DNA from: Azolla caroliniana
Lineage: Eukaryota; Plantae; Polypodiophyta
DNA length: 64,000 nucleotides
Assembly (NCBI GenBank): GCA_043228905.1
Contig: JBHGNT010000003.1
Span: forward strand, 12,028,001 to 12,092,000
Direction of reading: 5' to 3'
The position numbers were made by a program, and so were the translations under genes. A model generated the notes under the pieces. It searched no databases, had not been told where the DNA came from, and was given only the letters and a program-made list of their open reading frames with translations. Below are positions 62,792 through 64,000 of this stretch, piece after piece (the stretch's first letter is position 1; each line of letters starts with the position of its first letter).

Positions 62792-64000
62792 GGTATGTGA
62801 TGACGTATGCAGGGGGAGCTGTTTCGTGGCAGTCGAGGCTACAGAAGACGGTTGCGTTGTCAACCACGGAGGCGGAGTACATGGCGGCTGTTGAAGCCGG
62901 CAAGGAAATAATATGGATGAAGGACTTCATTAGAGAGCTCGGTATCCGGCAGGAGGAGTACCGACTCTACTGCGACAGTCAGAGTGCCATCCACCTTGCG
63001 AAGAATGCGGCCTATCACTCCCGGACGAAGCACATCCAACGAAGATATCACTGGATCCGGGATAGGATAGAAGACAAGGAGTTCGTGCTGACGAAGATCC
63101 ACACGGACGAGAACGGGTCAGATATGCTGACCAAAGTGCTCACACCCGACAAGCTGGAAGCGTGCCGGAAGAGGGTCGGACTGGAAAGACATCCCATGCC
63201 GAAGTGAAGGGGGAGTTTGTTGGGATTACGGTCCCTCCGGATGGGATGGTCAGATGTCCGGGAATCGGGAATGAAGACCCGAATGAGGAGTACCCGGTAT
63301 CGGAACCGGATGATGAAGACCCGGTTTCGGATCCGGATGATGAAGACCCCGGCTACGGAGCCGGATGACGAATGTACCCGGAGAGAGATCCGGATGCGGG
63401 GACATATTTGTGAATATGTTTGCCAAGGGCCCTCTAGGCTATATTTGTAAATAGCCCGAAAGTCATATGTGTATAAATATGACTTAGGGCAAACAGTTTT
63501 GTTGTTGTTGCTCATTTTTCTGTTTTCCACTTAGAGGGAGCGAAGTGAGAGCAGCCGAGAGAGAGAGTGAGAGAGAGAGAGAGAAAGGAAGAGGTTGACG
63601 CCTCTGTGTAATACCGTCGCCTGTGGCGAGGACAGCGAGCTCAAGGTCGTCGCCTTGCAGCTCGCCATTGTACATTCCCTGCGTATAGTGATCGTTGGAG
63701 TCTTGCACTCCCGTGGTTTTTCCCGTCTAGGGTTTTCCACGCTAAACCCTGTGCATTCGAGTCTCTCTCTGTGTTTTCGATTTACTGCTGCATTGACTCG
63801 TGTTTCCTCGGTTGTGGCCGAGAGGTGAAGGTTTTGAAAGCGTCAATTTCTAACAGGCCTTCTTTTACTGGTCGTCTGAATGCATCCGGATTTGATTATA
63901 CCCACTAAATCCATTAAGGAAGCTGTAAACTTCATGTCTGGATACCGCATCCAATACGCCATCCGTAAATGGTAGCGGAAAGACATTTGTCACCTTGGTT

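Larger units (their letters stand above)
53838..63207 (+). pseudogene. Outer element gag-pol (53838-57500 plus 62797-63207)
   Basis: Start codon ATG to ATA, CGA to TGA stop at 57378-57380, RNase H split by the inner element. Confidence 0.92.
53169..63855 (+). mobile_element. Full-length Ty1/copia element (family A), outer member of nested pair
   Basis: 638-bp LTRs 53169-53806 and 63218-63855 (1 difference), TSD GGCCT, mutated PBS TAGTATCAGAGC 53810-53821, PPT 63207-63215. Confidence 0.97.
46076..64000 (-). mobile_element. Degenerate Ty3/gypsy pol in three pieces (46076-46434 IN; 52145-53168 RH/RT; 63861-64000 RT)
   Basis: ILHEAH...GLWWPT...CDLC...PFQKWGLDIVGP; VMMFGLKMALTTFQRI...VFLDDLAVYS; LNPTKCVFG; FLNGFSGYNQI. 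RT-RH-IN domain order. Confidence 0.88.

Noticed and set aside
53435-63828. Numerous antisense and alternate-frame ORFs over the copia elements and their LTRs
   Set aside because: Expected shadows of GC-rich coding sequence, repeated because the elements are near-identical; no domains recognised.

Overview
Eukaryotic land-plant nuclear DNA (a large-genome plant such as a fern is plausible but is inference). Most of the window is nested transposable elements around one apparently intact host gene: an 18-exon SAS10/UTP3 gene on the minus strand (21754-29963, about 646 aa; the model needs two GC-AG introns). The TEs include two recurrent Ty1/copia families (labelled here A and B), further copia and gypsy remnants, solo LTRs and a decayed hAT transposon. 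Two observations stand out. (1) An 11.8-kb TIR-bounded insertion (4825-16661) with unusual CC(C/T)GGGGG termini and an 8-bp TSD. Removing it restores a copia integrase reading frame. It has no recognisable transposase but carries kb-scale CATA/TA arrays, an intronless NOP16 pseudogene (itself split by a copia element), a transit-peptide-like exon and an organelle-like tRNA fragment, so it is a candidate Pack-type DNA transposon of unassigned superfamily. (2) A same-family nested copia pair (53169-63855 containing 57501-62791) in which the inner, later-inserted element has about 11 LTR differences but the outer has only 1. This suggests re-transposition of the composite or LTR gene conversion. 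All alignments and mismatch counts were done by eye.
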